DNA from: a virus
Virus record (IMG/VR): IMGVR_UViG_3300005528_000059
Location: 5,409-69,408 of that record
Reading direction: 5' to 3' (one strand)
DNA length: 64,000 nt
The notes beneath the pieces were generated by a model, which ran no database searches, was not told where the DNA came from, and saw only the letters and a list, made by a program, of their open reading frames with translations. Within the stretch, counting starts at the first letter, position 1. Every line of letters begins with the position of its first letter. The position numbers and the translations under genes are program-made. Of this stretch, positions 18,113 through 28,135 are shown one piece after another.

Positions 18113-20006
18113 TTTTCCAACCAGCCTGCCGAAAATACGTGTTGTCGATACAGAAACATGTGATCCACATCTAAAACGTCGAGGTCCAGGCTGGCCTTAT
18201 TATGACGTTGCAGAAGCCGGTATTATTGGGATAGGTGTTTTCTGTCCTGAAAATAACCAGAAATTCTACATACCTATCAATCATGCTAATAGTGAATGTG
18301 TAGATATTGACACTGCAATGCGATGGGCCGAGCAGGTTCTGTTTGATCCTGATTGCACAATGGTCTTTGCCAACGCCGAGTACGACTTAGGGTGGTTTCA
18401 TCATCACGGGGTAAAATACAACGGCTTCAAAATTGAGGATGTTCAAGTACAAGCTCCATTGATAAATGAGCATGAGTTTAGCTTCTCGCTCGAGAATCTT
18501 TCTCGACGTAACAAAGTCGCGCAGAAAAACGAAGAGGTACTTCTTCAATATGCTCAACAAGTTGGTATCGCTTCAAAAGATGTGAAAGCATCGTTGAGGT
18601 TCATGCCTGCTGATATCGTTGGGCAATACTGTGTAGACGACTGCATTGCAACATGGGAGAATTTTCAAGCGCAGCTTCCAGAAATGGAACGCCAAAACCT
18701 TTGGAGCATCTACGAGCTAGAGACTTCGCTTATACCGCACATGATCCCAATGCGTATGCGTGGCGTTCGTATTGACCAGGATCGTTGTGAGGTAGTCTCC
18801 AAGCAATTCTTCGATTTGGAGCAAGCGGCTCGCTCGGTTATCAAAGACCAGACCGGCATTCATGTTGAAAGCCCTTGGGCTTCAGCAGAGCTAGCCAAGG
18901 TATTGGATCATGTGGGTATTCCGTACCCTACTACTCCCAAAACTGGTAAACCTTCTATTAAGAAAGACTACATGGAAGGTCTACCTGAGCATCCTGTTAT
19001 TGATGCTATTATCGACTTCCGGAGGTTCAACAAAGCACGCACGACTTTTACTGAAGGCTTCTTTGACGAGTTCTGCATTAAGGGTCGTGTTCATACGAAC
19101 TTCAACTTGTTGAAAAGCGACGAAGGAGGCACCATCAGTGGAAGGTTATCTTCCGACAGCCCCAACATGCAGCAGATTCCTGCACGAGACCCTGAGATTG
19201 GTCCACTCGTTAGGTCGATCATCTTAGCTGAAGAGGATTGCTTATTCGCCTCGTTAGATTATTCCCAACAGGAGCCGCGACATACTGTTCACATGGCTTA
19301 TCTGTTGCGTAATGCTTCAGCAGCAGTCTTGCGTGAGCAATTCATTCTTAATCCTAAAACTGACTTCCATCAGATGAATTCTGACCTTACAGGTATTCCT
19401 CGTAAGGCAGTTAAGGAAATTGGTCTTGGCCTTGCTTACGGAATGGGCGGGGGTAAGCTAGCTCGAAAACTTCGACTTCCGTTTACTTTGTCTAACTTCC
19501 GTGGCAAAGAAATTGAGAAAGCTGGCCCAGAGGCGCAGGCACTCCTGGATAAATTTCATGCCCGTGCTCCGTACATCAAAGACTTAGGCAAAGAGTGTAA
19601 GAAGGCTGCTCAGTCGCGTGGCTATATTCGCACACCGATGGGCCGAGTTATCCACTTCCCAACAATCAACGGCGAAGTATGGAAGTCTCACAAAGCACTG
19701 AACGGCCTTATCCAAGGTATGAGTGCTGACGAAACTAAGCGAGCAATGGTCATGTGTGCGCAGGCAGGATTCCCATGTGCTTTACAAGTTCACGACGAGC
19801 TAAACTTTACGCAGTTCAGTAATCCTGAAGACACTTATGTTGTTGCGCAGATTATGCTGGATGCTATGATAACTTCTGTGCCTTCCAAGGTCGACGTTGA
19901 AATTGGTAAGAGCTGGGGTGAGTGTGAGTTGTATGAGTTTAAGACTCATACACTGAAACGTTCTTACGTGGAACGAGATAGCCAGGAGCTACTTTATGCA
20001 GCATAG
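18096..20006 (+). CDS. polA: DNA polymerase family A with 3'-5' exonuclease
   Basis: VDTET, ANAEYD (exo); SGRLSS.SPNMQQIP; DYSQQEPR (A); RKAVKEIGLGLAYG (B, Leu at the E. coli 762 position); QVHDEL (C). Confidence 0.97.
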   Translation: MLLTSDFPTSLPKIRVVDTETCDPHLKRRGPGWPYYDVAEAGIIGIGVFCPENNQKFYIPINHANSECVDIDTAMRWAEQVLFDPDCTMVFANAEYDLGWFHHHGVKYNGFKIEDVQVQAPLINEHEFSFSLENLSRRNKVAQKNEEVLLQYAQQVGIASKDVKASLRFMPADIVGQYCVDDCIATWENFQAQLPEMERQNLWSIYELETSLIPHMIPMRMRGVRIDQDRCEVVSKQFFDLEQAARSVIKDQTGIHVESPWASAELAKVLDHVGIPYPTTPKTGKPSIKKDYMEGLPEHPVIDAIIDFRRFNKARTTFTEGFFDEFCIKGRVHTNFNLLKSDEGGTISGRLSSDSPNMQQIPARDPEIGPLVRSIILAEEDCLFASLDYSQQEPRHTVHMAYLLRNASAAVLREQFILNPKTDFHQMNSDLTGIPRKAVKEIGLGLAYGMGGGKLARKLRLPFTLSNFRGKEIEKAGPEAQALLDKFHARAPYIKDLGKECKKAAQSRGYIRTPMGRVIHFPTINGEVWKSHKALNGLIQGMSADETKRAMVMCAQAGFPCALQVHDELNFTQFSNPEDTYVVAQIMLDAMITSVPSKVDVEIGKSWGECELYEFKTHTLKRSYVERDSQELLYAA

Positions 20007-20880
20007 TGAACCGAGTAAACTAGTCGTAGTTGATGGAAATAACATTTCCCATGCAGCTTTTCACACCAGTCAAAACATGCGGGATAGTCGTGGTCGTCCA
20101 ACAGGAATGACTGTTACTTTTCTTAGTATGCTGTTGTCTGCTAGGAAAGCTTTTAATTTTCCATGTGAGTTTGTCGTCGCTTGGGATGGGAAAAATTGCT
20201 GGCGAAAAGGTCTGTACTCTGAGTACAAGGCTAACAGAAAATCCGAGCCTGACACTGATTATCAGTGGTCTCGAGAAATTCTAGAGGAACTCCTGCCGTC
20301 TTTGGGTATTCATCAAGTTCGTGCTAACTGCCAGTTCAAAGGCGATACATACGGGCTAGAAGCTGATGATATCGCAGCCTTGTACATCTACACAAATCAG
20401 ACTCGCACCTTGGTATCGTCAGATAAAGACTGGCTCCAGCTTTGGGATGAAGATGGTGACCCTGTTCGCATTTATCGCAGTGTCCAGAAGCAACTTATCG
20501 AAACCCAAGAAGACTTCCAAGAGGCTACGGGCTACTCTTCCGTTGAGGAAATGCGTTTCTGCAAAGCTCTGACTGGTGAGTCAGGTGACAATATTCCAGG
20601 TATCAAAGGTGTTGGAACAGTCACTGCTCGTAAGTTTTATCACAATGAAATTGCTGCTGAGAAGCCGGTGTATCGAACCATCACTTCTTGGTTAGAAGAC
20701 CCGCTCGGTTATCCACGTAGCTACGCACTCTGGAGCCTCGACCTAGAGTGTATTCCTAAGGAGCCCAACTACATGGGCGTCAACGGAACTAAGAATGCTG
20801 AGATGGCACACAACGCTCTAGATAATATTGAAGCTTCTAAACTCATCTCGCAGCGTATTTGGGATAAACTTTGGAGTTAA
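19996..20880 (+). CDS. 5'-3' exonuclease / flap endonuclease
   Basis: VVDGNN, AWDG..WRK.LY.EYKANR, EADD, SSDKDWLQL, DNIPGIKGVG. Confidence 0.93.
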   Translation: MQHSEPSKLVVVDGNNISHAAFHTSQNMRDSRGRPTGMTVTFLSMLLSARKAFNFPCEFVVAWDGKNCWRKGLYSEYKANRKSEPDTDYQWSREILEELLPSLGIHQVRANCQFKGDTYGLEADDIAALYIYTNQTRTLVSSDKDWLQLWDEDGDPVRIYRSVQKQLIETQEDFQEATGYSSVEEMRFCKALTGESGDNIPGIKGVGTVTARKFYHNEIAAEKPVYRTITSWLEDPLGYPRSYALWSLDLECIPKEPNYMGVNGTKNAEMAHNALDNIEASKLISQRIWDKLWS

Positions 20881-20886
20881 AGTAGC

Positions 20887-20914
20887 TTGCAGCGAAACGC
20901 AGAAAGGTTAGTAT
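20887..20914 (+). promoter_or_regulatory. Promoter, probably giving a leaderless mRNA
   Basis: TTGCAG-N16-TAGTAT, 6 nt before ATG 20921; no SD sequence. Confidence 0.5.
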
Positions 20915-20920
20915 AAACAA

Positions 20921-21319
20921 ATGCAAACCTTTCTTCCTTATCCCTGTCTCTACTCTTCTCTACGTTGCCTAGACTATCGACGCCTAGGCAAACAACGTCT
21001 CGAAGCCAAGCAAATGATAAACGCGCTGACCGGTGCTAGTTCCGGTTGGCGCAATCATCCAGCTACTGTCATGTGGGATGGTTACGTTCCCGCGCTTATG
21101 CACTATCACAATCTGAGTATCGCACTTTGGGTCGAGCGTGGCTATCGTAACACCATGCCCATCTTCGTAATTGACAATAGCCAAGTTCAGTTACCTTTCT
21201 GGTTTGGCGACAAAGATTTCCACTCAGCTCATCGTGCAGCTTTGCTTTTCAAAGATTACGACTTCTACTCCAAGTACGGTTGGGCAGAAGAACCTAAGTT
21301 GGATTACCTATGGCCCTAG
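20921..21319 (+). CDS. Pyrimidine-dimer DNA glycosylase (DenV/MSMEG_6728-like)
   Basis: MQTFLPY..LD.RRLGKQRLEA.Q..W.NHPA..MW.GY..HR..LL.KD..FY. Confidence 0.88.
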   Translation: MQTFLPYPCLYSSLRCLDYRRLGKQRLEAKQMINALTGASSGWRNHPATVMWDGYVPALMHYHNLSIALWVERGYRNTMPIFVIDNSQVQLPFWFGDKDFHSAHRAALLFKDYDFYSKYGWAEEPKLDYLWP

Positions 21320-22506
21320 ACTTCATACCTAACGACCAGCAAGACAAAGCCCTTACCAAGATTCGCAAATGGTGGCAGGACGGCGCACGCAAGCCATTTC
21401 TGTTTGCGGGTGCCGCTGGAACAGGTAAGACTACCTCTGCTCGTATGGGTGCTGAGCAATGTGACATCCCTCTAGAAAAGATTAGTTTCATGGCTCCTAC
21501 GGGTAAAGCTGCCCGAGTCCTTGCTCACAAGACTAAGCAACCTACCAGTACGATTCACTCTGCTATTTACAGCGCCAATCGTACTCAGGTTGATGATCTT
21601 CGTGTAGCACTCACTGAAGAAATGAAAGACCCTAATGCTAACGAAGAAGCCATCTCAGCTTTGGAAAGCGAAATTTCAGAACTAGTCAACAGCAGCGACG
21701 GTCCAACTTTCCGCTTCAAAGAAGCTCTGCTAGGTCAAGGTGTGATGCTTATCGACGAGGCATCAATGATTGGTGCTGACGTGTGGAAAGACTTAGTTAA
21801 GATTCAAGTACCTAAGATATTCATCTTTGATCCATTCCAGTTGCCACCGGTCAAACAGAAATGGGGCATGGAAGGTATGGAGCCTGATGTCTTTCTAACG
21901 CAGATCATGCGACAAGCCGAAGGCTCTGGTGTAGCTAAGGCAGCGGCTGACATTCGGGAGGGACGTACTATTCGCGCATACGGCGATGAGTTCCAAGTTG
22001 CTCCAAAGGGCCTGCTCACTGTGAAAGACTACGCCGAGAATTTTGATATCGTCTTAACAGGCACTAATGATCTGCGCAAGCGAATGAACAAACTGTTACG
22101 CAGATACGCTGGATATCCCGAGGAGCCCGTAGTCGGCGACAAAATCGTTGCTCTCGCTAACGATAAAGCCACGGGCATATCTAACGGCGAAGTATTCACA
22201 ATCACTAGCATCAACCGTTCGGGCAAGCGGGTAGCTAACTTTGATCTTGTTGACGCCTTTGGAAATAGATTCCGCAGGATTGACGCCTATCTCCCAGTGT
22301 TCAAAGACGAAGCTCTTTCCAGTGGCGCTCCTCACCATACCGTGTCGTTCACTTATGGATACTGCCTGACCGTTCATAAGTCTCAAGGCAGCGAATATCC
22401 ACGTGTTGCAGTAATCGACTCATGGAAAGGTGCAGATCACGAGAAGTGGCTATACACCGCAGTCACTCGTGCTTCAGAGACATGCACGTTAGTAACTTCC
22501 TCTTGA
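21310..22506 (+). CDS. SF1B RecD/Dda-like helicase
   Basis: GAAGTGKT, APTGKAA, IDEASM, DPFQLPPV, YCLTVHKSQGSEY, LYTAVTRA. Confidence 0.93.
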   Translation: MALDFIPNDQQDKALTKIRKWWQDGARKPFLFAGAAGTGKTTSARMGAEQCDIPLEKISFMAPTGKAARVLAHKTKQPTSTIHSAIYSANRTQVDDLRVALTEEMKDPNANEEAISALESEISELVNSSDGPTFRFKEALLGQGVMLIDEASMIGADVWKDLVKIQVPKIFIFDPFQLPPVKQKWGMEGMEPDVFLTQIMRQAEGSGVAKAAADIREGRTIRAYGDEFQVAPKGLLTVKDYAENFDIVLTGTNDLRKRMNKLLRRYAGYPEEPVVGDKIVALANDKATGISNGEVFTITSINRSGKRVANFDLVDAFGNRFRRIDAYLPVFKDEALSSGAPHHTVSFTYGYCLTVHKSQGSEYPRVAVIDSWKGADHEKWLYTAVTRASETCTLVTSS

Positions 22507-22565
22507 GTGCTGATCGATAGCTATTGAGAACAGCATGTGTAATAAACTCCAATCAGGAGTGATAC

Positions 22566-23153
22566 ATGCGCGCTTTAATTTTCGATACCGAGACAACAGG
22601 ACTTTGGAATAACCGAGCTGCTCGAGGAAATCCAAATCAGCCAGATGCAGTTCAGCTAGCAGCGATGCTTGTAGACCTCACAACGTTCAAGCCAATCTCG
22701 TGGCTAAACGTTCTGGTTTCAGACGCCAAACCTTCAGAAGAAAAAGCTTTAGAAACTCATGGAAAAACACCTGAGCTGCTAGAGCAGTTCGGTGTTCCAA
22801 GGCGCGTAGCAGTAGCTATCTTCAATAATCTTTTAAAGAAGACTGATGTTCTTATTGCACATAACATTGAGTTCGATTTGAACATCATGGCGCAGGCTTA
22901 CATTCTAGAAGGTATTGCTCCTCCTGATTTTCCTCCGCGATATTGCACGATGTTGTCCAGTGTAGATATCTGTGCTATACCAAGCCCTCATCGCAGCGGG
23001 TCTTTCAAATGGCCCAAACTCATTGAGGCTTACAAATTGCTAGTTGATCCTGAAGGGTTCTCTAACGCACACGACGCTCTCGCAGACGTTAGGGCGTGTT
23101 TTGAAATTCTAAAAGTCCTGCACCAGAAAGGATTATTCGATGTCAAGGTTTGA
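22566..23153 (+). CDS. DEDDh 3'-5' exonuclease (DnaQ-like)
   Basis: FDTETTG, AHNIEFD, AHDALADV. Confidence 0.92.
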   Translation: MRALIFDTETTGLWNNRAARGNPNQPDAVQLAAMLVDLTTFKPISWLNVLVSDAKPSEEKALETHGKTPELLEQFGVPRRVAVAIFNNLLKKTDVLIAHNIEFDLNIMAQAYILEGIAPPDFPPRYCTMLSSVDICAIPSPHRSGSFKWPKLIEAYKLLVDPEGFSNAHDALADVRACFEILKVLHQKGLFDVKV

Positions 23154-23760
23154 TGACGATCTAGATTTCTCAGACGAGGATGAAGGCATTGAAAATGAGC
23201 ATGAGCCTTTTAATCCGTACATGGACAAGCCGCCCTCACTTCGGGAGTTAGTTGAGTACGGAATGGAAGTTGATCATGACGGCCTGCCGGTCATGCACGC
23301 ATCACTTCGGCAGAAGCACAATTTCGTTCTTCAATTCTTCGAGTCGGGTGACTGGGGAACAGCTTACAAGATCGTCTTCGACGCAACAGCTGGATCGAAG
23401 GAAGCGCGTGACAAAGCTAACCAGCTTATCCGTGGCGATCAGTTCATCCGTGATCTGCTTTCGGTTGCTCGTTCCCGTGTAGAAGAAAACACTGCTGGCC
23501 TTCTAGCTGAGCACACGGCTATTCTCGCGGTACTACGCGATGGAGCCGCTGCGGATAAGAAGTGGGCCTCTGCCGTGGCTGCTGAAGTTCAACGCGGGAA
23601 AGCTCTTGGCCTTTACACTGTCAAAGCTGAAGGCGGTCTACTAGATGCTCAGCGCGAAGGCGAGACGATGTCCGAAGACTTCATTACGGAAATGCTTTCC
23701 AAGCTTCGCGATCTACCCGAGAACGAGCGCAAGAATATCGCTTCGTTAATCGCAGGTTAA
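23140..23760 (+). CDS. terS: Probable terminase small subunit
   Basis: Directly upstream of TerL; F...+..G....AY..+F N-terminal HTH and SAVAAE..RGKALGLY. Confidence 0.65.
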   Translation: MSRFDDDLDFSDEDEGIENEHEPFNPYMDKPPSLRELVEYGMEVDHDGLPVMHASLRQKHNFVLQFFESGDWGTAYKIVFDATAGSKEARDKANQLIRGDQFIRDLLSVARSRVEENTAGLLAEHTAILAVLRDGAAADKKWASAVAAEVQRGKALGLYTVKAEGGLLDAQREGETMSEDFITEMLSKLRDLPENERKNIASLIAG

Positions 23761-23761
23761 T

Positions 23762-25246
23762 ATGAACGCTGTTCGTCAAGTAAGTATGATAGCGGCACTT
23801 CGTGAAGCGGCTTTGCGAAAGGCCGCTAGCGAAAATCCAGCTGACTATTGTCGCTACGTGCTAGAAGTCGAACCTGCTGAGCATCACATATTGATGCTTA
23901 ATGAGCTGAACAGTGTTATCGAGGAGATGTTAAAAGGTCGCAGCGCCATGCGCTTGATGATCTTAGCTCCTCCTGGAAGTGCTAAATCAACTTATACGTC
24001 ACATGGATTTGCTTCCTATGCAATGGGAAGACTTCCTGCGGGTTATAACATCGCAGTGGGTACGCACACTGATGGCTTCTCGAAATCATGGAGTCGTAAA
24101 GTTCGTAACACCTGTCGATCACGCAGACACTTGAATGTGTTCCCTAACTCGGGGGTTAGCAAAGATCACGCTGCTGTTCAGGAATGGTCAACACTCGATA
24201 ATAAAGAGTTCTTCGGTAAAGGTGTAGGCGGGACGATCACTGGTAAGCGTGTAGACCTTTTGATTCTGGACGACTTAATCAAAGGCGAGAAGGCAGCTAA
24301 CTCCAAGGCTGATCGTCGCACAGTTATTGATTGGTACCTCACTGACGTATATACACGATTAAAGCCTGGAGCATCTATTGTCATCGTTAACACACGCTGG
24401 CATGAAGAAGACCTTCCAGGATATCTAATCGAGCAGATGGAAAACGGCGTCGGCGAGCCTTGGAAGATTCTTAAACTTCAAGCACTTTGCACCGATCCTG
24501 AAAACGACCCAATGAAACGCCAAGTCGGGGAGGTTCTCTGGCCTGGATGGCAACCTTTGGAAGAAATCCTGCGCATCCGCGATAAGTCTGGTATGAGCAC
24601 TCGGGTATTCGATTGCTTGTATCAACAGGAGCCTAAGTCCAAGGAAGGTTCGATAGTTCTACGTAAATGGTTCCTCACCTACACAGACGAGGAGCTACGT
24701 GTAGCACTTTCACATCCTAGGTCGCGTCTGTATATCAGTATAGATACCGCCGACACTAAAGATGCTAGAAATGACCCGACAGTTGCCTTAGTTATCCTGG
24801 AGCACGAAGGACGATCTTATCTGCTGAAAGAGTATCGAGAACGAAAAGAGTTCAACGAACTCAGCAAAGATATAAAGAGCCTCATTCGAGAAATGACTCT
24901 GAAGTATAAGAAGCCTACTGCTATCCTCGTAGAAGGTAAAGGTGGCGGCTTAGCTATCATCTCTGACTTGAAGAACGGTGTTAACGTTCCGGTCATTAAA
25001 ATCAACCCTAACGAAATCGGTGATAAAGAGTTCCGCTTTGACAAAGCTACACCTTACATCGAATCTGGGGCGTTCCTGCTACCTGATAAAGACTTGCCTT
25101 GGGTTGATGCTTACTTAGACGAATTAACGACTTTCCCAGCTTCCCGTAACGATGATCGAGTCGACTCAACCTCGCAATATATCAACTATATTCAGAATAA
25201 GCCAAAGAAACGGCGTTCAACGGGCAGGCGCACTGCCCACGGGTAA
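23762..25246 (+). CDS. terL: Terminase large subunit
   Basis: APPGSAKST (Walker A), GGTITGKR, LLILDD (Walker B), TRWHEEDL.G, YQQEP, SIDTA, NDDRVDS nuclease motif. Confidence 0.95.
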   Translation: MNAVRQVSMIAALREAALRKAASENPADYCRYVLEVEPAEHHILMLNELNSVIEEMLKGRSAMRLMILAPPGSAKSTYTSHGFASYAMGRLPAGYNIAVGTHTDGFSKSWSRKVRNTCRSRRHLNVFPNSGVSKDHAAVQEWSTLDNKEFFGKGVGGTITGKRVDLLILDDLIKGEKAANSKADRRTVIDWYLTDVYTRLKPGASIVIVNTRWHEEDLPGYLIEQMENGVGEPWKILKLQALCTDPENDPMKRQVGEVLWPGWQPLEEILRIRDKSGMSTRVFDCLYQQEPKSKEGSIVLRKWFLTYTDEELRVALSHPRSRLYISIDTADTKDARNDPTVALVILEHEGRSYLLKEYRERKEFNELSKDIKSLIREMTLKYKKPTAILVEGKGGGLAIISDLKNGVNVPVIKINPNEIGDKEFRFDKATPYIESGAFLLPDKDLPWVDAYLDELTTFPASRNDDRVDSTSQYINYIQNKPKKRRSTGRRTAHG

Positions 25247-25330
25247 ACTAGGAAGCGCGGGCGCTGCCTGTGGAGGCAATCCTATAGCGGGCATGGGCAA
25301 CGCACTAGCAAGGTAAACCGCCTTTACACT
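25245..25330 (-). repeat. Dispersed element copy C
   Basis: Minus strand aaggcggtttaccttgctagtgcgttgcccatgcccgctataggattgcctccacaggcagcgcccgcgcttcctag aligns with copies A, F and H. Confidence 0.7.
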
Positions 25331-25414
25331 ACATTTAGTTGAAAATTGTGCCAGTTTGCTCGCACACTACTAGATATGGTAGTTTGGGGGTTCCCTAAAG
25401 CTTTGGAGCGCGTT

Positions 25415-27349
25415 ATGTCTAACTCACAAGAATCCCACATGCTACCTTATCAACGATACATTCACATGTCGCGCTATGCCAGATTTAGAGACGATTTAGG
25501 TCGCCGAGAAAACTGGGAAGAAACTGTTGATCGTTATGTTTCTTTCTTTGAGAAACGGGAAGGATCGAAACTTCCGCGGAGCCTATGGGCAGAACTTCGC
25601 TCGGCTATCGGTGGTATGAAGGTGATGCCATCCATGCGCGCAATGATGTCAGCCGGTCCTGCTTTGGAAAAAGAAAACCTTTGTGGTTTCAATTGCTCTT
25701 ATCTTTCAATCTCGCGTGTGCGTTCACTTGCTGAGATGCTTTACATTCTAATGTGCGGCACAGGTGTTGGGTTTTCTGTTGAGCGCCAGCTTATCAAGAA
25801 ACTACCAGAAGTCGCCGAGGGTCTTCCAGCAATTGACAAGACTCCTTACGTTGTAGAAGATTCCAAGGAGGGATGGGCAGAAGCCTACGAACATCTACTG
25901 ACAAACCTCTGGGAAGAAAATATCATTCCCACATTTGACTATAGTTTAGTTCGCCCCGCAGGGGAGCGTCTTATGACGATGGGAGGGAGAGCTTCTGGCC
26001 CCGGACCACTGAAGGATCTTTTCCAGTTCACCATTCAGACTTTCATGAATGCTCGCGGTCGCAGACTGCACTCCACGGAACTTCACGACTTGGCCTGCAA
26101 AGTCGGTGAAATCGTAGTGGTAGGCGGTGTTCGCCGTTCTGCGCTTATCTCGTTGTCTAACTTGTCTGATGACCGTATGCGCGATGCTAAATCGGGCAAC
26201 TGGTACATCACCCATCCGTGGCGTTCCATGGCAAACAACTCAGCGGCTTACACAGAAAAGCCTGATTGCTTCGTGTTCACAAAAGAGTGGCTGGCCCTCA
26301 TGAACTCTGGCTCGGGGGAGCGCGGTATTTTCAATCGTGAAGTAGCTCAGCGTCGTGTGAAGAATCTACCAACCGGCCGAGATCACAACCACGAGTTCGG
26401 TACTAATCCATGTGGTGAGATTATTCTTCGTGACATGGGCCTTTGTAACTTGACTGAAGTGATTCTTCGCCCAACAGACACCTACGAACAGATGGTGGAG
26501 AAAGTCCGTTACGCCACCATCCTCGGCACACTACAATCAACTCTTACCAAGTTCAAATTCGTTGACTCAACTTGGGAAAAGAATGCTATCGAAGAAAGAC
26601 TGTTAGGCGTGTCCTTGACAGGTATCTTGGACTTGGAAGTATTCCGTCTGCAGAATGGCTTCTCTGAAAAAGACGCACGCCAAATCCTTCGCGACCTGCG
26701 CAAAGTGGCTCACGAGGTTAACAAAGAGTTTGCCGATCTTCTTGGTATTGAGCCAAGCAAGGCGATAACTTGCGTCAAGCCTTCTGGCACGGTTTCGCTG
26801 CTGACCAACTGTTCTCCAGGAATTCATCCAGGATATGGCAACCAAATCATTCGCCGTATCCGTAATGACATGAAGGACCCAATGACACAGTTCCTCATCG
26901 AGCAGGGTGTGCCTTGGGAGCCATGCGTCAACAAGCCAGAAGAAGTCGCAGTGTTCTCGTTCTACATCGAGTCCAGCGACTACACTCTGGATGATCTGAC
27001 GGCTGTTCATCATTGCAACATTATCAAGATGTTCGCTGAGGAATGGTGTGACCATAATCCATCCTCTACAGTTATTGTTCGCGATAACGAATGGCTGGAA
27101 GTGGGTGCATGGGTCTACAAGAACTTCGACTCAATCCTAGGAACCTCGTTCTTGCCCTACTTCGGCTCCTCAACTTATCAGCAGCTTCCTATTGAACCTG
27201 TGTCTCGCGCAGTTTGGGAAGAAGGCGTTGCCAACAGTCCAAGTGACTTGGATTGGTATCGCTTGGCTGAAATCGAGAATGGTGTGGACAACGTCGAGCG
27301 GACGCGTGAGCTGGCTTGTGTATCAGGCACTTGCGAAATTCCAAACTAA
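25415..27349 (+). CDS. nrdJ: Class II (B12-dependent) ribonucleotide reductase
   Basis: PSMRAM, FNCSY, GTGVGFS, VGGVRRSA, TNPCGEI, CVKPSGT, C-terminal ACVSGTCEI. Start moved to ATG 25415 (ggag RBS). Confidence 0.95.
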   Translation: MSNSQESHMLPYQRYIHMSRYARFRDDLGRRENWEETVDRYVSFFEKREGSKLPRSLWAELRSAIGGMKVMPSMRAMMSAGPALEKENLCGFNCSYLSISRVRSLAEMLYILMCGTGVGFSVERQLIKKLPEVAEGLPAIDKTPYVVEDSKEGWAEAYEHLLTNLWEENIIPTFDYSLVRPAGERLMTMGGRASGPGPLKDLFQFTIQTFMNARGRRLHSTELHDLACKVGEIVVVGGVRRSALISLSNLSDDRMRDAKSGNWYITHPWRSMANNSAAYTEKPDCFVFTKEWLALMNSGSGERGIFNREVAQRRVKNLPTGRDHNHEFGTNPCGEIILRDMGLCNLTEVILRPTDTYEQMVEKVRYATILGTLQSTLTKFKFVDSTWEKNAIEERLLGVSLTGILDLEVFRLQNGFSEKDARQILRDLRKVAHEVNKEFADLLGIEPSKAITCVKPSGTVSLLTNCSPGIHPGYGNQIIRRIRNDMKDPMTQFLIEQGVPWEPCVNKPEEVAVFSFYIESSDYTLDDLTAVHHCNIIKMFAEEWCDHNPSSTVIVRDNEWLEVGAWVYKNFDSILGTSFLPYFGSSTYQQLPIEPVSRAVWEEGVANSPSDLDWYRLAEIENGVDNVERTRELACVSGTCEIPN

Positions 27350-27372
27350 GCTAACTGCCACTAAGCAAAAGA

Positions 27373-27401
27373 AAAAGGCCCTAGCATTGCTAGGGCCTTT
27401 T
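27373..27401. terminator. Bidirectional intrinsic terminator between convergent genes
   Basis: aaaaggccctagc-att-gctagggcctttt. Confidence 0.85.
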
Positions 27402-27505
27402 ATGTGCCTAGGACACGCGGGCGTGGCCGTATGAGTGGGTTCAGGGTTGCTTGCTTAGGGTAGCCTAGCCCAACCTAAAAACAGGCTAGTGAGCGCTTTA
27501 TTAGG
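27402..27505 (-). repeat. Dispersed element copy D
   Basis: Minus strand ataaagcgctcac..tttaggttgggctagg....ccta versus copy G ataaacggctcac..tttaggtttggctagg....ccta. Confidence 0.75.
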
Positions 27506-27770
27506 CCGCAATTTTATACTCTGATCCACCTGCGCGAATCCACTTAACACCTTCCATTGGGATGGCACGATAACCTCTAGCTCGAACGTCGTACACGGAC
27601 ACAAGGTCTTTGTCTTTGAACGTGTAAGCTTTCTCGCCACCTTTTAAATGTTTCTTAACGCGCAATCGTCCATTGAGCACGCGCAAGCTTTGATCGCTAC
27701 GTTTCTCAAAACAAACGGTGAAGAATTTGTGCCCTACGATTTCAATAAACTCGTCAACGGTCATTTGCAT
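27501..27770 (-). CDS. Small SH3/WYL-like beta-barrel phage protein
   Basis: FFTVCFEKR.D.S.R.LNGR..V..YDV...GYR.I; own promoter and RBS. Confidence 0.65.
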   Translation of the reverse strand: MQMTVDEFIEIVGHKFFTVCFEKRSDQSLRVLNGRLRVKKHLKGGEKAYTFKDKDLVSVYDVRARGYRAIPMEGVKWIRAGGSEYKIAA

Positions 27771-27797
27771 TTGGTGTCTCCCTTACTAGGTAGCACC

Positions 27798-27825
27798 ACT
27801 ATGCGGCTTCCTGCACTGATTACAA
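27798..27825 (-). promoter_or_regulatory. Phage promoter
   Basis: TTGTAA-N16-CATAGT on the minus strand, then agggag RBS. Confidence 0.6.
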
Positions 27826-27826
27826 G

Positions 27827-28102
27827 TTATTTATTGTCCGCTACCAACTCGGGAGGGAAGAACTCTTGTGCGCCAATTTGGAGAACTTCAAGAACTTTAA
27901 ATCTATCCATCTTGGAAACTAGAATATGCACACGCTCATCTTCATATTGAAGAAGGACGACTGCTGCCTTAACTTCAGTTTCGCCGAGCATGTCTTGTGC
28001 GTGACGAAGAAGTTCATCAGGTGTCCAGTCGTTGGCATCTCCTGATTTTTGAGTTCTTCGAAAACCTAAATTCTCAATCATTTGCAAATCCCTGAGTTGC
28101 AT
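27827..28102 (-). CDS. Hypothetical protein (start may be 28081)
   Basis: Co-oriented with the ligase; plausible globular sequence. Confidence 0.5.
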   Translation of the reverse strand: MQLRDLQMIENLGFRRTQKSGDANDWTPDELLRHAQDMLGETEVKAAVVLLQYEDERVHILVSKMDRFKVLEVLQIGAQEFFPPELVADNK

Positions 28103-28135
28103 CCCTGTTACGCTAACAGGGATGCAGTCAAGAAG

